Shown piece after piece: positions 45,592 to 58,503 of a stretch of DNA of 64,000 nt (position 1 is the stretch's first letter; every line of letters starts with the position of its first letter). Under the pieces are notes generated by a model. That model saw only the letters and a program-made list of their open reading frames with translations, was not told where the DNA came from and did no database searches. This DNA is from Octopus vulgaris. Its lineage: Eukaryota. The stretch is from contig OX597836.1 in NCBI GenBank assembly GCA_951406725.2, forward strand, positions 49,848,001 through 49,912,000, given 5' to 3'. The position numbers were made by a program, and so were the translations under genes.

Positions 45592-46778
45592 GTGAGTGTC
45601 TCTTCTTTTCTTGATAACATCAAAATACATTTGATTAGATTTTGGTAAGATATGTCCATTTGACATAACGTTACAGGATATATCAATTAGTATGAATAAT
45701 TTGACTTATTTTCGTTATGTTTTCTGAAACGTCAAAGACTGATGTGATTGAGACGTATATTCTGTGGCTTTCATACTGGCCTTATTTTAGTTTGGTCCAT
45801 TATATCATATGTTATTTCATTATCTAGGATCAATCTGTCATCATTATCTCATGTTATTCCACATTTTATCTAATGTGTTCGTTAATTATTAAAAAATTTT
45901 TTTAAAAAACCCATTAAATTGTAGGTGGTTGATTTCAAGGAAATTTGGCTGCTATTTCTAGCTGCTGTCGTGTCTATATCTAGATGCAGACAAAAGAGTT
46001 TGCCACAGTCTTGATGTGTCGACCACTTTTATGTGGAAGACATTTTTTCTGCTAAGTAAAGTTTGAGGCCCAGGTTCAGTTCTCAGCTACAGGTCATTCC
46101 TTTCACTGGCATTATTAATTCTACTTACAGAAAGATATTCATGGAGCAAATGGTAATTCCGCTTTTCTAACATTGTCAACAAGAATCTCCAAGTTTAGAG
46201 CAATATTAATATTTTTTCAGGCAGCATTGTTTGGTGTGGGGGTGATGTTTGGTCCATGTAAATGACAATGTTTAGCATTGCTCGTTGGCGCTAGAATGGG
46301 ATTAGATAACCAAAAGGCTGACCAGTGATGGGTTTTGCTTAGATGATTCTCTAAATAGATTCTGTCACACTGTCTGTGGTACTTGCAGTGGCAGGTAGCA
46401 ACAGCATCATCATCATTTGCAAAGGTTTTAGACAACAGAGCAACAGACAATGAAGTCTTGTGTTGCTTTATGTTCTGATCCAACAGCAATCAATTTTGTC
46501 TCATCTCATAAAGAATTCACATAATAAAATCAATTTATTTCCTTTTCCCTAAAATCTTCTCCTCGTTTTATCTTTCATTTGCTTCAGTCATCGGACTGTT
46601 GCCAGGCTGAGTCACTACCTTGAATGATATTATAAATTACTTGTCAAAATCATTTAGCTAAGTTTAAAAAATCAGAAAATTAATGAAAAATCAAAATTAT
46701 AATTATTGGGAAGTAAAAGAAATCCAAACAATTTTTCTCAATGCCTTAAATTACATTTTTGTTTTAATTATTTTTCAG

Positions 46779-46813
46779 AACATCTAAAGCAGGATGTGAA
46801 GAATTTGATGTGA
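46779..46813 (+). CDS. Probable terminal coding exon of the TRANK1-like gene
   Basis: Strong polypyrimidine acceptor tttttcag. A phase-1 splice gives EHLKQDVKNLM*. An alternative frame stays open to 46887. Confidence 0.45.
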
Positions 46814-47134
46814 ATAATTTTTTAGCTGAATTTGCACAGACCTGTGGTAATGCAGCTGAAGAATTATTTTGGAATATTGAAGAATGAAAACCATAGCATA
46901 ATTATGTGAATGGGAAATATATCAGTAAACTGAGGAATATGTCTACCCACTCATCCATTCATCTGTCTGTCTGTTTGTCTCTATATATAACCAAGTTCCT
47001 GTCAATTGTTGGCAGTCAATATTCTCTGTTAAACAACCCTGCCACCAATTTAGGTTTTGTGCTTTAGGAGAGAAGCAACTTTCAAGGGATGTGAACTTGC
47101 AGATTACAAAAGGCATCATACTTGCAGTATTCAG

Positions 47135-48472
47135 TGTTCCTTATGCCATTGACTCGTCATAGTCCTCCAGGCTGCGACAGAGGAATTTAAGATGGGCTGC
47201 TCCTGGGAGTTCTTCGATGCTGATGGCCTTGTTCTTAGAGCCAAATCACTATCAGAACTAAAGGAGAAATTTTGGGTGTGGAAGCAAGGTCTAGAAGCAA
47301 AGGTCCTTAGAGTTAATCTAGCTACAACCAAAGTCCTAATAAGTAGGAAGGCAGACAAATCACAAATTCCTTCTGGTGAATGTCCCTGCTCAATCTGTAG
47401 GAAAGGTGTTGGTATAAACTCCATAAGATGTACCCAGTGCAAGCTATGGACACATGAGAGGTGCAGTAATATCAGAGGAAGGTTAACAGGGAAAATAGTT
47501 TTTGCATGTGGAAGGTGCACAGGCGCAATTAATAGGAAAAATGTGCAGAAAATAGGCTCCATCAAATGCCAGTGGGGAAAACTGGAAGTAGTTGATAGCT
47601 TCTGTTACCTAGGTGACCAAGTCAGTAGTGGGGGTGGATGCTTCAAGAGCATAGCTGCTAGAATAAGAATAGCCTGGGCAAAGTTCAGAGGGCTCCTACC
47701 TCTGCTGGTAACAAAGGGCCTCTCCCTCTGAGTGAAAGGCAGATTGTACAATGCCTGTGTATGAACAGCCATGTTATATGGTAGTGAAACATGTAACTTC
47801 TGAGGACATGTGAAGGCTTGAAAGAAATGAAGCCAGTATGCTTTGCTGGATGTGCATGTACAACAGAATGTTAGCATCTTGAGAGAAAAGTTGGGCATAA
47901 GAGGCATCAGATGTGGTGTGCAAGAGAGACAACTGCACTGGTATGGTCATGTGTTGCGTATGGATGAGGAAAGCTGTGTGAAGTGCTAATCTAACGGTGG
48001 AGGTAACCCTAACCCTAACCCTAACCTGTAGATGTGGTGAAGCATGGTCTTTGAATGGACTTCATGGAGGCAATGACAAGTGTCCAAGACCTTTGGTGAC
48101 ATGTTATGCGTGAGAGGATTCACCAAGCTGAGTGAAATCTCAGTCGTGGCCGATGCCAATGTCAGTGGCATGTAAAAAGCCCCACTTGAGCATTGGGCTT
48201 CATGAAGGCAGTGGCAGGTGACTGAGACCTGTCAAGCCATGTGGGATTACATTCATGTCTGATGCCAGTGTTTCGTAACCAGCACCCGTGCCGGTGGCAT
48301 GTAAAATGCACCTACTTCGCTCTTGAAGTGGTTAGTGTTAAAGAAGGCATCCAGCCGTAGAAACCACACCAAATCAGATTGGAACTTGGTGCAGCCTCTC
48401 TGCTTACTAATTGTCAGGTCAAACTGTCCAACCCATGCCAGCTTGGAAGACGGATGTTAAATGATAATGATA
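47135..48472 (+). mobile_element. RTE LINE (family A) RT, PHD-finger, thumb and 3' UTR
   Basis: WEFFDADG (degenerate YADD), LRVNLATTKVL, a C4HC3 finger, [15 protein letters not shown] and a (GAT)n-type tail. Confidence 0.9.
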
Positions 48473-48475
48473 CCT

Positions 48476-49745
48476 ATCATCATCATGATGCTTTCCATGC
48501 TGGCATGACAGGAACACCAAGCACCTGTGTATTTTATGTGGCACCAGCACCCACACCAATGGTATCTTGGTTTTAGGATCTCAATTCTGTTGTGGTGCTC
48601 AGGTCTTCTCAAGTACAGCAATGTACCACGTAGCTTCGTCCTCTCTCATCTCCTTTGTAAGGTTCAGCATTTTGAGGTTGGCCTCCAATACTTTGTCCCA
48701 TGTCTTCCTCTGCATCACATGACCAGACCAGCACAGTCTCCTCCTCCTTCAATACACCAGTGCTCTGTTGCACATCATACCAGCTTCATTGCTCACACAT
48801 GCATTGTACAACTTCGCCTTCGCTTGAACTTCATCCTATTCTTAATCTGGTTATTGTACTCTCTGTACAGCTTCCTCCACTGCTAATTAGATAGCAGAAA
48901 TGATCTACAACTTCCAGAGTCCCCAGGGCATCTAAGGAAATCACTTTCCTCTCTATCTCTCATCCTCCACAGGCAAATACTATTTTGTCTGTTAACCTTC
49001 CTAATATTCCACAACACCTCCTGTGTGTCTGTAGCTTCCATTCAATACATTGAATGGAATTTCTGCCTGTGCATCAATCAGGACCATTTACCAGAAGGAT
49101 GAAGGGTCCTGTCTGATTTCTTGTTTTCTCAGACCTTGGTCTTTGCTAAGTTGACTATTTCAAAACTCATTGATTTCAGGTTCTGTTTCCACACCTGGAA
49201 TTTTTTTCTAATTCTTCTACATATTCTGTTACAAGGGCAAAATCAGCAGCATATAATCGTTCCCATGGGCTTCCAGTGTTAAATTCCTCTGGAGGACAAT
49301 GATAAATAGGAGGGGGCTAATGACTGACCCTTAGACACCTACCTGTACACTAAACTCATCACTCTTACCTTACTAACAGCATCCCTGTACATGGCCTCTT
49401 CTGCTTTCACAAGCCATTCGTCCATCCCTAGCTTCCTCTGAGACCACCATATCACAGACTTGAAGGCTTTCTCTAGAATAACAAATGTCAAGTGCAACAG
49501 CTTGTTCTTAGCTAAATACATGTCTTGCAGTTGCCTATGGAAACAGCATCTGTGAAGCTGCTTCCCAGACAAAGCATTTCATCTTCATTCTGTTTCTAAT
49601 TAATTCGGTCCAGCCTCTACGACTACTTCTATCTAGAGCATCTCCTTTGTCCTTGTAGCAGCTGATGATGCTGCACCAGTCACTGAGGATTACACCTTTC
49701 TGAATTACCTGATTAACTATACGGTATCCAATTCTACCAGATACT
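48476..49745 (-). mobile_element. Degenerate RTE LINE (family A lineage), tail-to-tail with the previous copy
   Basis: RQLQDMYLAKNKLLHLTFVILEKAF and KLGMDEWLVKA, with a decayed finger region near 48960-49110. Confidence 0.8.
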
Positions 49746-50926
49746 AGAAAGAAATTATTATTTCAGGTGGCAAGCAGGTAGAATCGTTAGCACACCTGAC
49801 AAAATGTTTAGTGGAATTTCTTCTGACTTCAGGTTCTGATGTCAACTTTGCCTTTCATCCTTTTGGGGTCCATAAAATAAGCATCAGTTGAGTTGTAGGG
49901 GATCAATGCAATCCACTTAACCTCTCCTTCCAAAATTTCAGGTCCTATACCTTGTGGTATTCAGGTGGGTTTACTCTTTAACCTGTGACCTCAGCCATCC
50001 AAGAACTTTTGAACTGACCTTCATCATTCCTCACAAGCAGGCCAGTCTTTCTCTGTCCACTCCAATGACAATCCCCTATGACCCTAACCCTTTTCCTGCT
50101 TATCTCTCTTCAGGTCCTGGTTTCTATCTTGTTGATTTCATCTTTCTTTTATATTTATACTTACTTTTATTATCTTTGCTAATTTCCTTCAATTCTGGTA
50201 AAAATCTTTAAAAAAAGTTTTTTTTTAGCCCCAGACAGAAATGCAACTGAGAAGTGCCAGTTGTTTGCTCAGGGCATTTGACGGGTGCAGACCTGTTACT
50301 ACACAGCATGAGATCCCTCAACCAGCAAAAAGGGGAAAATACTTTTTTATGAATAAAATTATAAAATGTGAACATGCTTCTTTTGTCATATTTGTTTATC
50401 CAAAAGAATTCACCTGTGGTGCAAATGGTAAAATTGCTTTCATCATTGGCTGCTTATTTTGAATTACATCTTCCAACATTATGATGGATCCCCGATCTCC
50501 CAGAAACCGCTGTTGAACTCCCTAAACACATTACCTCTGCCCCTTTGTCATTTGTCTAAGTTTCACTTATCAACATATGTATTTTGTGTATGAAATCCTA
50601 ATTTGTTTATCCACATTACTGCCTCCATATCTGCTCACCTGGATTCCTCTCGACTCTCTCATCCATATATGCATGTACCCTTGTCTAGACCTCACGACGG
50701 TTATAAATGGACCTTCCTTCTCACACAAGTAATGCTGTTTGTTTCCAGCCTTTCATTTCGTTGCATCGAGACTGGTGACAGGAAGAACATGCAACTAGAA
50801 AATTTGCTTCAAAGAACTCCACCCGACACAGGGATGGTAAATAATCATAATATATATACACACAAGTTATTGGACAAACTGAAAAACACAGCACATTTAG
50901 CAAGGGCTGCTAAAACAAATATCTAT

Positions 50927-51110
50927 ACAAGGGCTTGCTGAAAAGTTCCTGGCTTTGGGTAAGAGAAAATAGAGGCAGATCAGTTATGATTTTTATTTAA
51001 CACATTCCCCACTCAGTAGTCCTTCAATTTTCTAAACCCTGTAAAAAGAACTTGGAAGGTTGAGCCTTTCTTCAATGCTCTTAAAACCAGGAACTTTCAT
51101 TTCCCATCCT
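50927..51110. mobile_element. Mariner-type terminal fragment
   Basis: TA followed by caaggggcttgctgaaaagttcc resembles a mariner TIR. No partner end was found. Confidence 0.4.
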
Positions 51111-52946
51111 TAATCATGTCACACTATTTTCAATCAGTACATGGGTCTCTTCTGTCCCCTATTCACATTGTACCCAGACAATTTTTTGTTCCAGGTGGAC
51201 AAACCATGTTTTCACCTCTTCAGCAAGACACTTGCTTCTCTTCCTCCAGGCTGTACCCAGCTCAGTTGAGGGGGTCTTATTTTGTGAGGACTTGGCGACC
51301 CCACTGGTGCCACATAAAAAGTCCCCAGAGGACTGTTAAGAGGTATATCCAGCCCTAGAAACCATGCCAAAGCAGATGAGTGGGGCCCGGTGGAACCATC
51401 TGTTCTGGTCAAACCGTCCAGCCAATGCCAACATTGAAAGAGACGTTCAATGATTATATATACGTGATTTTATGTGAAAATAAGTGTTACGTTTTGAACC
51501 AGTTTCGTTTGGGTGACTGTGTAGGGCCATCAGCATTTTGCAAGACATACAACTGACCAAAGAAAATCTCAATTCAACTGCTTAGCTTGCATAAATTACT
51601 ATAGATACACACCTGTAATACATGTAAAGGAATACAACATCAAATATGAAGTCCAATTTAATAAATAACGAGACAATATTTAATTTATTATTTATTTATT
51701 TTTGTTGTTTTTTTGTTTGTTTGTTGCATTAGTTGATAAGGATTGAAAATGCTTTCCCCAGAAATTACATAGAAATAATGGTGGCAATGAATAAAAATTG
51801 GTCTACATCCACACAAAGAACTGTACTATACTGTCTGACATACGATAGCAGAGGTTAAAATTTGTATGAAGAGAGAGAAAGAGAGATTAGAACCAGTGGA
51901 AGGATGAAGGTGAATAGATTTAGATGAATTGATTGGTGTGGTGGTGGTGATGGAGGGATAAAAATGATTTTAAACTGCCATATATAACCTACCTGGGTTT
52001 CAATGTAACTAGAAAACTCTCGGCATAGATGTGTGTGTGTGTGTGTTCGTGACTCAACAGCTTTAGTATTACAACCAAGATGAAATTTTGTGACATCATT
52101 GGTTTAAAACTTCTGAGAAGTGGTTTGGTCTGTTCCAAGTGGACACCATTTCCATCTCCTTGCCTTACTCTTCTGTATAACCACACTGCTGACAATGAAG
52201 TAAGAATAGAACCTGTTGTTTTGCCGGCCAGGCAGACTGAGGCAAGAAAACACCAGCCACGTCGTGCCCTCCCCCCGTCACACAGAGTAAAGGTTTGATC
52301 GAAGAGACCTGACAGTTTGCCATAGTTTCTTTAAAATACTGAGTTATAAAATAAAATTCCAGCTTTAAGACCAAATTGAACACAAACTTTGAAAATATTA
52401 AATGATCCTTACTTGTAATACTAAGCACGAGGCCATATGGAGCCATCCTGGCCAGATTTTAAAAGGTAACTTTAATAAGAATAATGAACCTTGCACATTT
52501 CTAATCCTCTCCCATCAGAAATAAAATAGATTCTACACATGTGATCAGTCAACAAATATAATCACACACGTGCACATTTATTAGTAGGTAGGAGAGATGC
52601 ATCAGAAAAGAGAATTGAAAACGAAAGCCAAACGCAAAAGGTTTCATTCTTGCATAAATAAATATATATATAGGAAACTTGGTAAAAAAAAAAAAAAGTT
52701 CTTTAAATTTTAAGTTTAGAAAGAAAAAGGTTGACAAGAAAGTAAGTGATGGAGGGGGGGGACCAGAAGACAACAAAAATAACCAATGCTTCACCCCTGC
52801 CTAAGCCAATAGGTAATTGTTAAGCTTTTAGAGGCAGTTTTATAGCTGAAGTGATGTTTTAGTTTCCAGTAGGTAAATCAGCCTGGGACCCAGAGGCAAG
52901 GAGCGCCACCAATGCCCTTCCCATCTCACTTACAAAACAACATTTA

Positions 52947-53676
52947 CAGGGTGCATTCAAAAAATATCTGATTTTATATTTTCTTGCCAAAATCGTTTGG
53001 GTGGGAGGTGATGCCACCCTTCTGGCACATTTGTGAAAATCTTTCTGCTGGCTCCGGTCGTTATGTCCTGATTACAGGTGTGGTGCAAACACATCAAGTT
53101 TTAAGAAAAGCTCAGTGATACTCAAGCTCAAACCATCCACAAGATTCAACAGGCCCTTGGTGCTGATGCCATGGGCAAAACTCAGATCAAGAAACGGCAC
53201 AACTTCATTGGACATGTCTGCACCTCAGTGGAGAGTGAGGTACGCTTGGGCAGGCTATTCTGAAATGAAGGGGGCCAATTGAGAAGTTTCAGTGAATAGT
53301 CATGGAACACCACTGTGTAACAATCCAGGAAATTACGCATCAAGTGGAAACAAGCACAGGATCAGTACATTCCATATTAATGGAGGATTTGTGCACATGG
53401 AAATATAAAGTCAGATCCATTTTGAACACACCTTGTAATCCAAGCTTTCCTGGTCACAAACACACGTTTAATAGGCTCCTTACTTGGCACCATGTGACCT
53501 CTGGTTCTTCCCCAAACTGAAAGCGGAGGGATTTAAGTGGCAGAACTGCAGAGAGAAGAGTGTGAACTCCCAAGGAAGGGGGGGGGGTATTTTGAAGGGG
53601 ATCAAATAAAATTTGTCCAATGTACCAAATTGTTTTTCTTATAACTAAAGGTTGGATACTTTTTGAACACATCTTG
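52947..53676 (+). mobile_element. Internally deleted, decayed mariner
   Basis: Imperfect TIRs cagggtgcattcaaaaaatatc and gatactttttgaacacatcttg, both flanked by TA. Remnants TIQEITHQVETSTGSVHSILMEDL and LAPCDLWFFPKLK. Confidence 0.78.
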
Positions 53677-56600
53677 TAGATCTTTTTACTCGTGTCATCA
53701 GGCTGTGGTCATGCTGGGGCACTGCTTTGAAGAAGTTCAGTTGAATGAATTGATCCCAGTACTTATTCTATCAGTCTCTTTTGCTGAATCGCTAAGTTAT
53801 AGGGATGTAAACACACCAACACTTGCTAAGCAATAGAAGGGGACAAACACTGGTGAAACTAGAGTAAAAGACATTTGCCCAAGGTGCCACGGAGTGGGAC
53901 TGAACCTGAAACCATGTGGTTGGGAAGCAAACTTCTTAACCACACAGGCAGTTGTTCTACCATGCCCTGCTTGGCTCCTAACAGTGGTCAGGTGAACGAA
54001 GTGGGGGTGTTTGCCACAGCAGAACCAGACCGGGGCTTCACTTCATCGATGAGCCCCACCCACCTCCCTGGGCAACCAAAAGACAAAGTTGACACCAAGT
54101 AGGAAACTGTATTCAGAATGTTATGTAAAGTGTGCACCACTCCATTATGCCCACCACCACTGCTACTTAGGCCATCAATTTTGTTTATATTTGTTTAAAT
54201 CAACAATTGCCCACTGTATTACTGGTCCTTCAACGGTGCCTGGAAAGGGAACTAAACCCTGCAAGGCATTTTAATAGTAAATTTCTAACAAAACACAAAG
54301 CCAGAAATGGGTGATGAGGGGCTGGTTCATTAAATAGACCCTGGAAGGGCAAAAAGGTTGACCTAGCGACAAACTGAACTCAGAATACGAAGAGTCTGGA
54401 ATAAATGTCCAAATTTTGGCACCAAGCCCTAGAGGGTGAGGTCAATTACATCGATCCCAGCATTCAACTGGTACTTATCTTTTTTTATCAACCCTGAAAG
54501 GATGAAAGGCCAAGTTGACTGTGGCAGAATTTGAACTCAGATCGTTAAGAGATGGATGAAATGCAACTAAGCATGTTGTGTCCGCATGCTAATGATTCTA
54601 GCAGCCGGCCACCGTTAATAATAATAATAACAATGGTTTATTACATAAGTAGGTTGATAAAAAAACAACTTTGCTTCATTTGAAAGGAGAAAACTGAGAA
54701 TGCGTTGTTACAAGTGTTTTGTCTTTTCACAGAAATTAATATAAATGGAATAAAAGCCAGCTTGTTGTAAGCTGACATCTAAAAGTCTCTATTAATTATC
54801 ATGCAATCGCCATCAATGTTTTATGCAAGTCTGAAGCGAAATTAAACTCTCTGCAGCCGTGGCGGCGGCTGATAACACAAATGAAAGCATTCAGGTTAGA
54901 AACTGGAGCTGGCACAAAGGAGGAAGTGGGGATATCTAAAACACAGGGATCAATATATTGTCAGAAGGATTCAGAGAATTAAAACATCAAACCAGCAGCC
55001 CCACCTCATTCCGCAATGCATCATGGGTACTTCACACCAAACCATATCTTGACCTCACGTCCACAGAAGCCCCCCCCCTGACCCAATAATCGGTTTCTCA
55101 CACAGGGGCAACAGAAATGATACGCTAGGATACACATGCCCCCTCCTATCAATAGTATCAACTAGGAATTGAAACCATGCCCAAAAGATCCAGTTTACCA
55201 AGACTAATGGCTATTGGAGATGTCCCAGTAAGCACGGAATCAAGAAAGGTAAGACTTGGTCAAGCAGATACAAACTCAAAGAGTGAGGGGGGGGGGGAAG
55301 AATTTGTGTTCAATTGGCACTTATTTTATTGACCCCGAAAGGACAAAAGGCAAAGTTGACCGCAGCAGAATTTGAACTCAAAATGGAACAAGTGCAGCAG
55401 CTGAGTATTCTGTCTGATGCCTTTGGTACTCACAACATTTCTGACATAGAGGCACATGGCCTGAAATCTGGGGGAAACCAGTTAGTCAAGACTATCAATT
55501 ATGAAATTGATCCTTAAAAGCCAAAGTGAATGTTGGAATATTAAAAGCCAGAATACCCTAAAGAATCCACTTCCTCAACACTGACAATTATGCAAATCTA
55601 CTGCTCTGCATCTGATGATGATGATGATGATCAAGTGAAACTGATGCCTTATTAAAGATAAAGATGACAAAATTTAAAATGAGAAGACGGAGTTGATAAA
55701 ACTGACACCCGACCACCACCACCTACTGGACTGGTCTTTTATTGCCCCGCTTCTCCACTACGCTTAAAGTTGAAACAAAATTGACCATGAGGAGCAATAT
55801 ATAAATTCACAACCCTTTGTAAGAAGCCTTCAAGCAACACCATCCAGCCCACCACCAAACAGCAGTTAAAATACAAAGTGAGATGTAGATGCATATAAAC
55901 ACACGTTTATTTGACATGTGCTTTTCCATGATAATTATGACCTAAACAAATGTATTATTGAGGTGTTATTTCACACTTAAATGCCCATCTTGTAGGACAC
56001 ACTTTTGAAAGCATAAAACCAAGAAATGATTTGTTGACAGGGGAATTGACAACAATGTCACTGCTTGTAGCTCAGTGATTTTTGGGGGTGAAATGTAACC
56101 ACAACTACACAATCCTAATCATACATACGATGGCAGGCTTTGGTTGGCCTGTAACTATAGAAGACACTTGCCCAAGGTGCCAAACAGAGGGACTGAACTC
56201 TAACGTGTATATGTATGTGTATACACACACACACACACACACATAGACATTTGTTTTTTAAACATTGACACAAGGTTATAAATTACTAAAGGAAACAGCA
56301 AGGCAATAATAATAATAATAATATGTTGAACTGAATTAGTTTGTGATGGATTCTTACAATATGGAACTCTTTCACTTCCAGAGCAGGGGAAAGGAAAATC
56401 CCGAAAGGATGAAAAGCTAAGTCGACCATGGCACAATATGAATGTAAAGAAGCAGAAGAAATAGGGGAAAGCAGTTTCTCTGGGAGCCTCATGATTTGGT
56501 CAACTCAACTTTAATCATGTCGTTAATAATCATTAAGGTGGGCAAGCTGGTAGAATGATTGGTAAAGCAGCAGGAAAATGGCTTAGCAGCATTTTGTATA

Positions 56601-58491
56601 CCTTTACATTCTTAGTTCAAACTACACTGTGTTCAACTTTGCCTTTCATCCTTTCAGGGTTAAGTACCCTCTACCCCGCCCCAAAATTGCTGGCCTTGTG
56701 ACAAAATTTGAAACCAATTATAATAATTATTCTTTCTGCTAAAGGCATAAGGCCTGAAATTTTGAGAAAGGATTACATTGACCCCAGTATGTGACTGGTA
56801 CTCGATTTATAGGCCCTGAAAGGATGAAAGGCAAAACTGACCCCAGTAGAATGTAAACATGGCTGCCTGAAATTTTGGAGGAGGGGGCCATTCGATTAAA
56901 TTGACCTCAGTATACAACTGGCACTTAATTTATCGACCCCCAAAAGGAGGAAAGGCAAATTTGACCTCGGTGGAATTTGAACTCAGAACTTAGCGACAGA
57001 CAAAATACCGTTAAGCATTTCACCCTGTTTGCTAACATTTCTGCCAGCTCGATGCCTTAACATACACTGATAGCAATAATGGACTTTAAAACTAAGTGCT
57101 ATATTTACATAAATGCTTTGAGAAGGAAATGAGAGAAAAGACAACGTGTGAATCAGATGCTTGGAGATATTCATCTCTTTAAATACAGAGCCACGTGTCA
57201 TGTATGGATATGTAACAGTGTGTCTTAACATAGGGTTACATATAGCTATGTGCCTAAAGGACTGACGATATATACAGAGAGAGAGAACCAAAAGTCGTGC
57301 ACCAAAGCATTTGCCATTTTGTCCGTCGTGTACAAGTACATATGCCTTCAATGCTCTTCCAGAGTGCATTGAACTGGTTCCCCCATTCGGTCTCCATGGT
57401 GCAACCAATAGAACCATTGCAGACTCCTTCAACCAAAAGCCACATCGGCATCCAAACATGTCATGCAACAGGCAGTGTGCATGACAAATACCAAAGTGGC
57501 TGCCTGGTGCTATCACACAAGACACGGGGGATCTGTCATAATAACAAGCTTCAAAAAAAAAAAGTCTAAAGAAATCAGTTTGAAGATCCTTGCAGGAAAT
57601 TGGCAATTCCTCATGTGACAAATAAGAAAAACTGCAGACATTTCGGAACACTTGTGATCAAACTGCGGACATTTTGTTTGGCTTTGTAATTAAATAAAAA
57701 CGTGTTGTCTTTGAAATATGTAATATAATTAAATGAGTTTTAATTTTGGTTTGTGACTTTTTGGCCTATTCTGTATAAATGCATGTATATATATATGTAT
57801 AAATTTTTAAAAAAAATTAGTTATCCAATCAAATTTAAATGCTTATTCGTTGAACTGGTTTCCATAAATAAACTCACAATTTATAAAATTCCATTACTGG
57901 TGTGTATTACAAGAACCATCAGATGAAGAGTCATGTGAAACAACTCTGAGCAACAGTTTGTGAAGTTTCTTTTTTAGCTTTACTAAAAGACTACTTTACT
58001 CTGCCTTTCGTATTTGAGCACTAATTTTCCCCACCTTATGTGCTTGTATGTATATATGTGTGTGTGTGTGTGTGTATGGGGAAGATAGAATACTTACAGT
58101 AGGGGGGGGGGTAAACACTCCACCCCACAAAATGTCAAGTATTTTGAAGTAGAATAATGGAATAAGCCAGTTGTCGTTGTCGTCGTCATCTTTGTCATCA
58201 CATCTATCACTGTTAACACCATCACCACCATTGAGAAAGAAAATTACAATGAAAATGTAGAATATGTGGAGAGAGAGATAGAAAAATAAAAAGAGGTGGG
58301 GAGAATGAGTGAAATATTATAGAGCCATGATGAGATAAGGGGACAATGAAATGCTTGATACCCTTCCCACACTCCCCACCCTACTCCCTACCCCCCATCT
58401 GGCCCAACCGTCCACCCAATCTCATCATACACAGATGTGATTGATAAATCTTCCATCCAGCTTTATATAATACAATACTACAACACACAAC

Positions 58492-58503
58492 TCAGGAAAT
58501 GAT
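58492..58503 (-). CDS. DEK: DEK terminal coding exon (IIS*)
   Basis: Long pyrimidine tract cttttcttctcttttcag|ATC ATT TCC TGA. It completes ...STVKQIIS*, compared with vertebrate DEK ...TTVKELIS*. Confidence 0.8.
   Translation of the reverse strand: MIS

Noticed and set aside
43383-45614. Single-exon 743-aa gene as given by the ORF track
   Set aside because: It starts at TTG. The frame is open upstream to a splice acceptor at 43281, and a strong donor lies at 45592, so it is an internal exon.
54717-54770. Alternative acceptor (ttttcacag) as a terminal exon of the TRANK1-like gene
   Set aside because: Only a splice-like motif with a short frame and no other support.
56983-57651. 222-aa minus-strand ORF
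   Set aside because: It has no recognisable domain, runs into a SINE, and lies in the probable DEK 3' UTR.
57918-57945. Hammerhead-ribozyme-like cagatgaagagt...gaaacaactct (also ctgatgaaggg at about 20376)
   Set aside because: The core is imperfect, and I could not establish the required stems and cleavage triplet.
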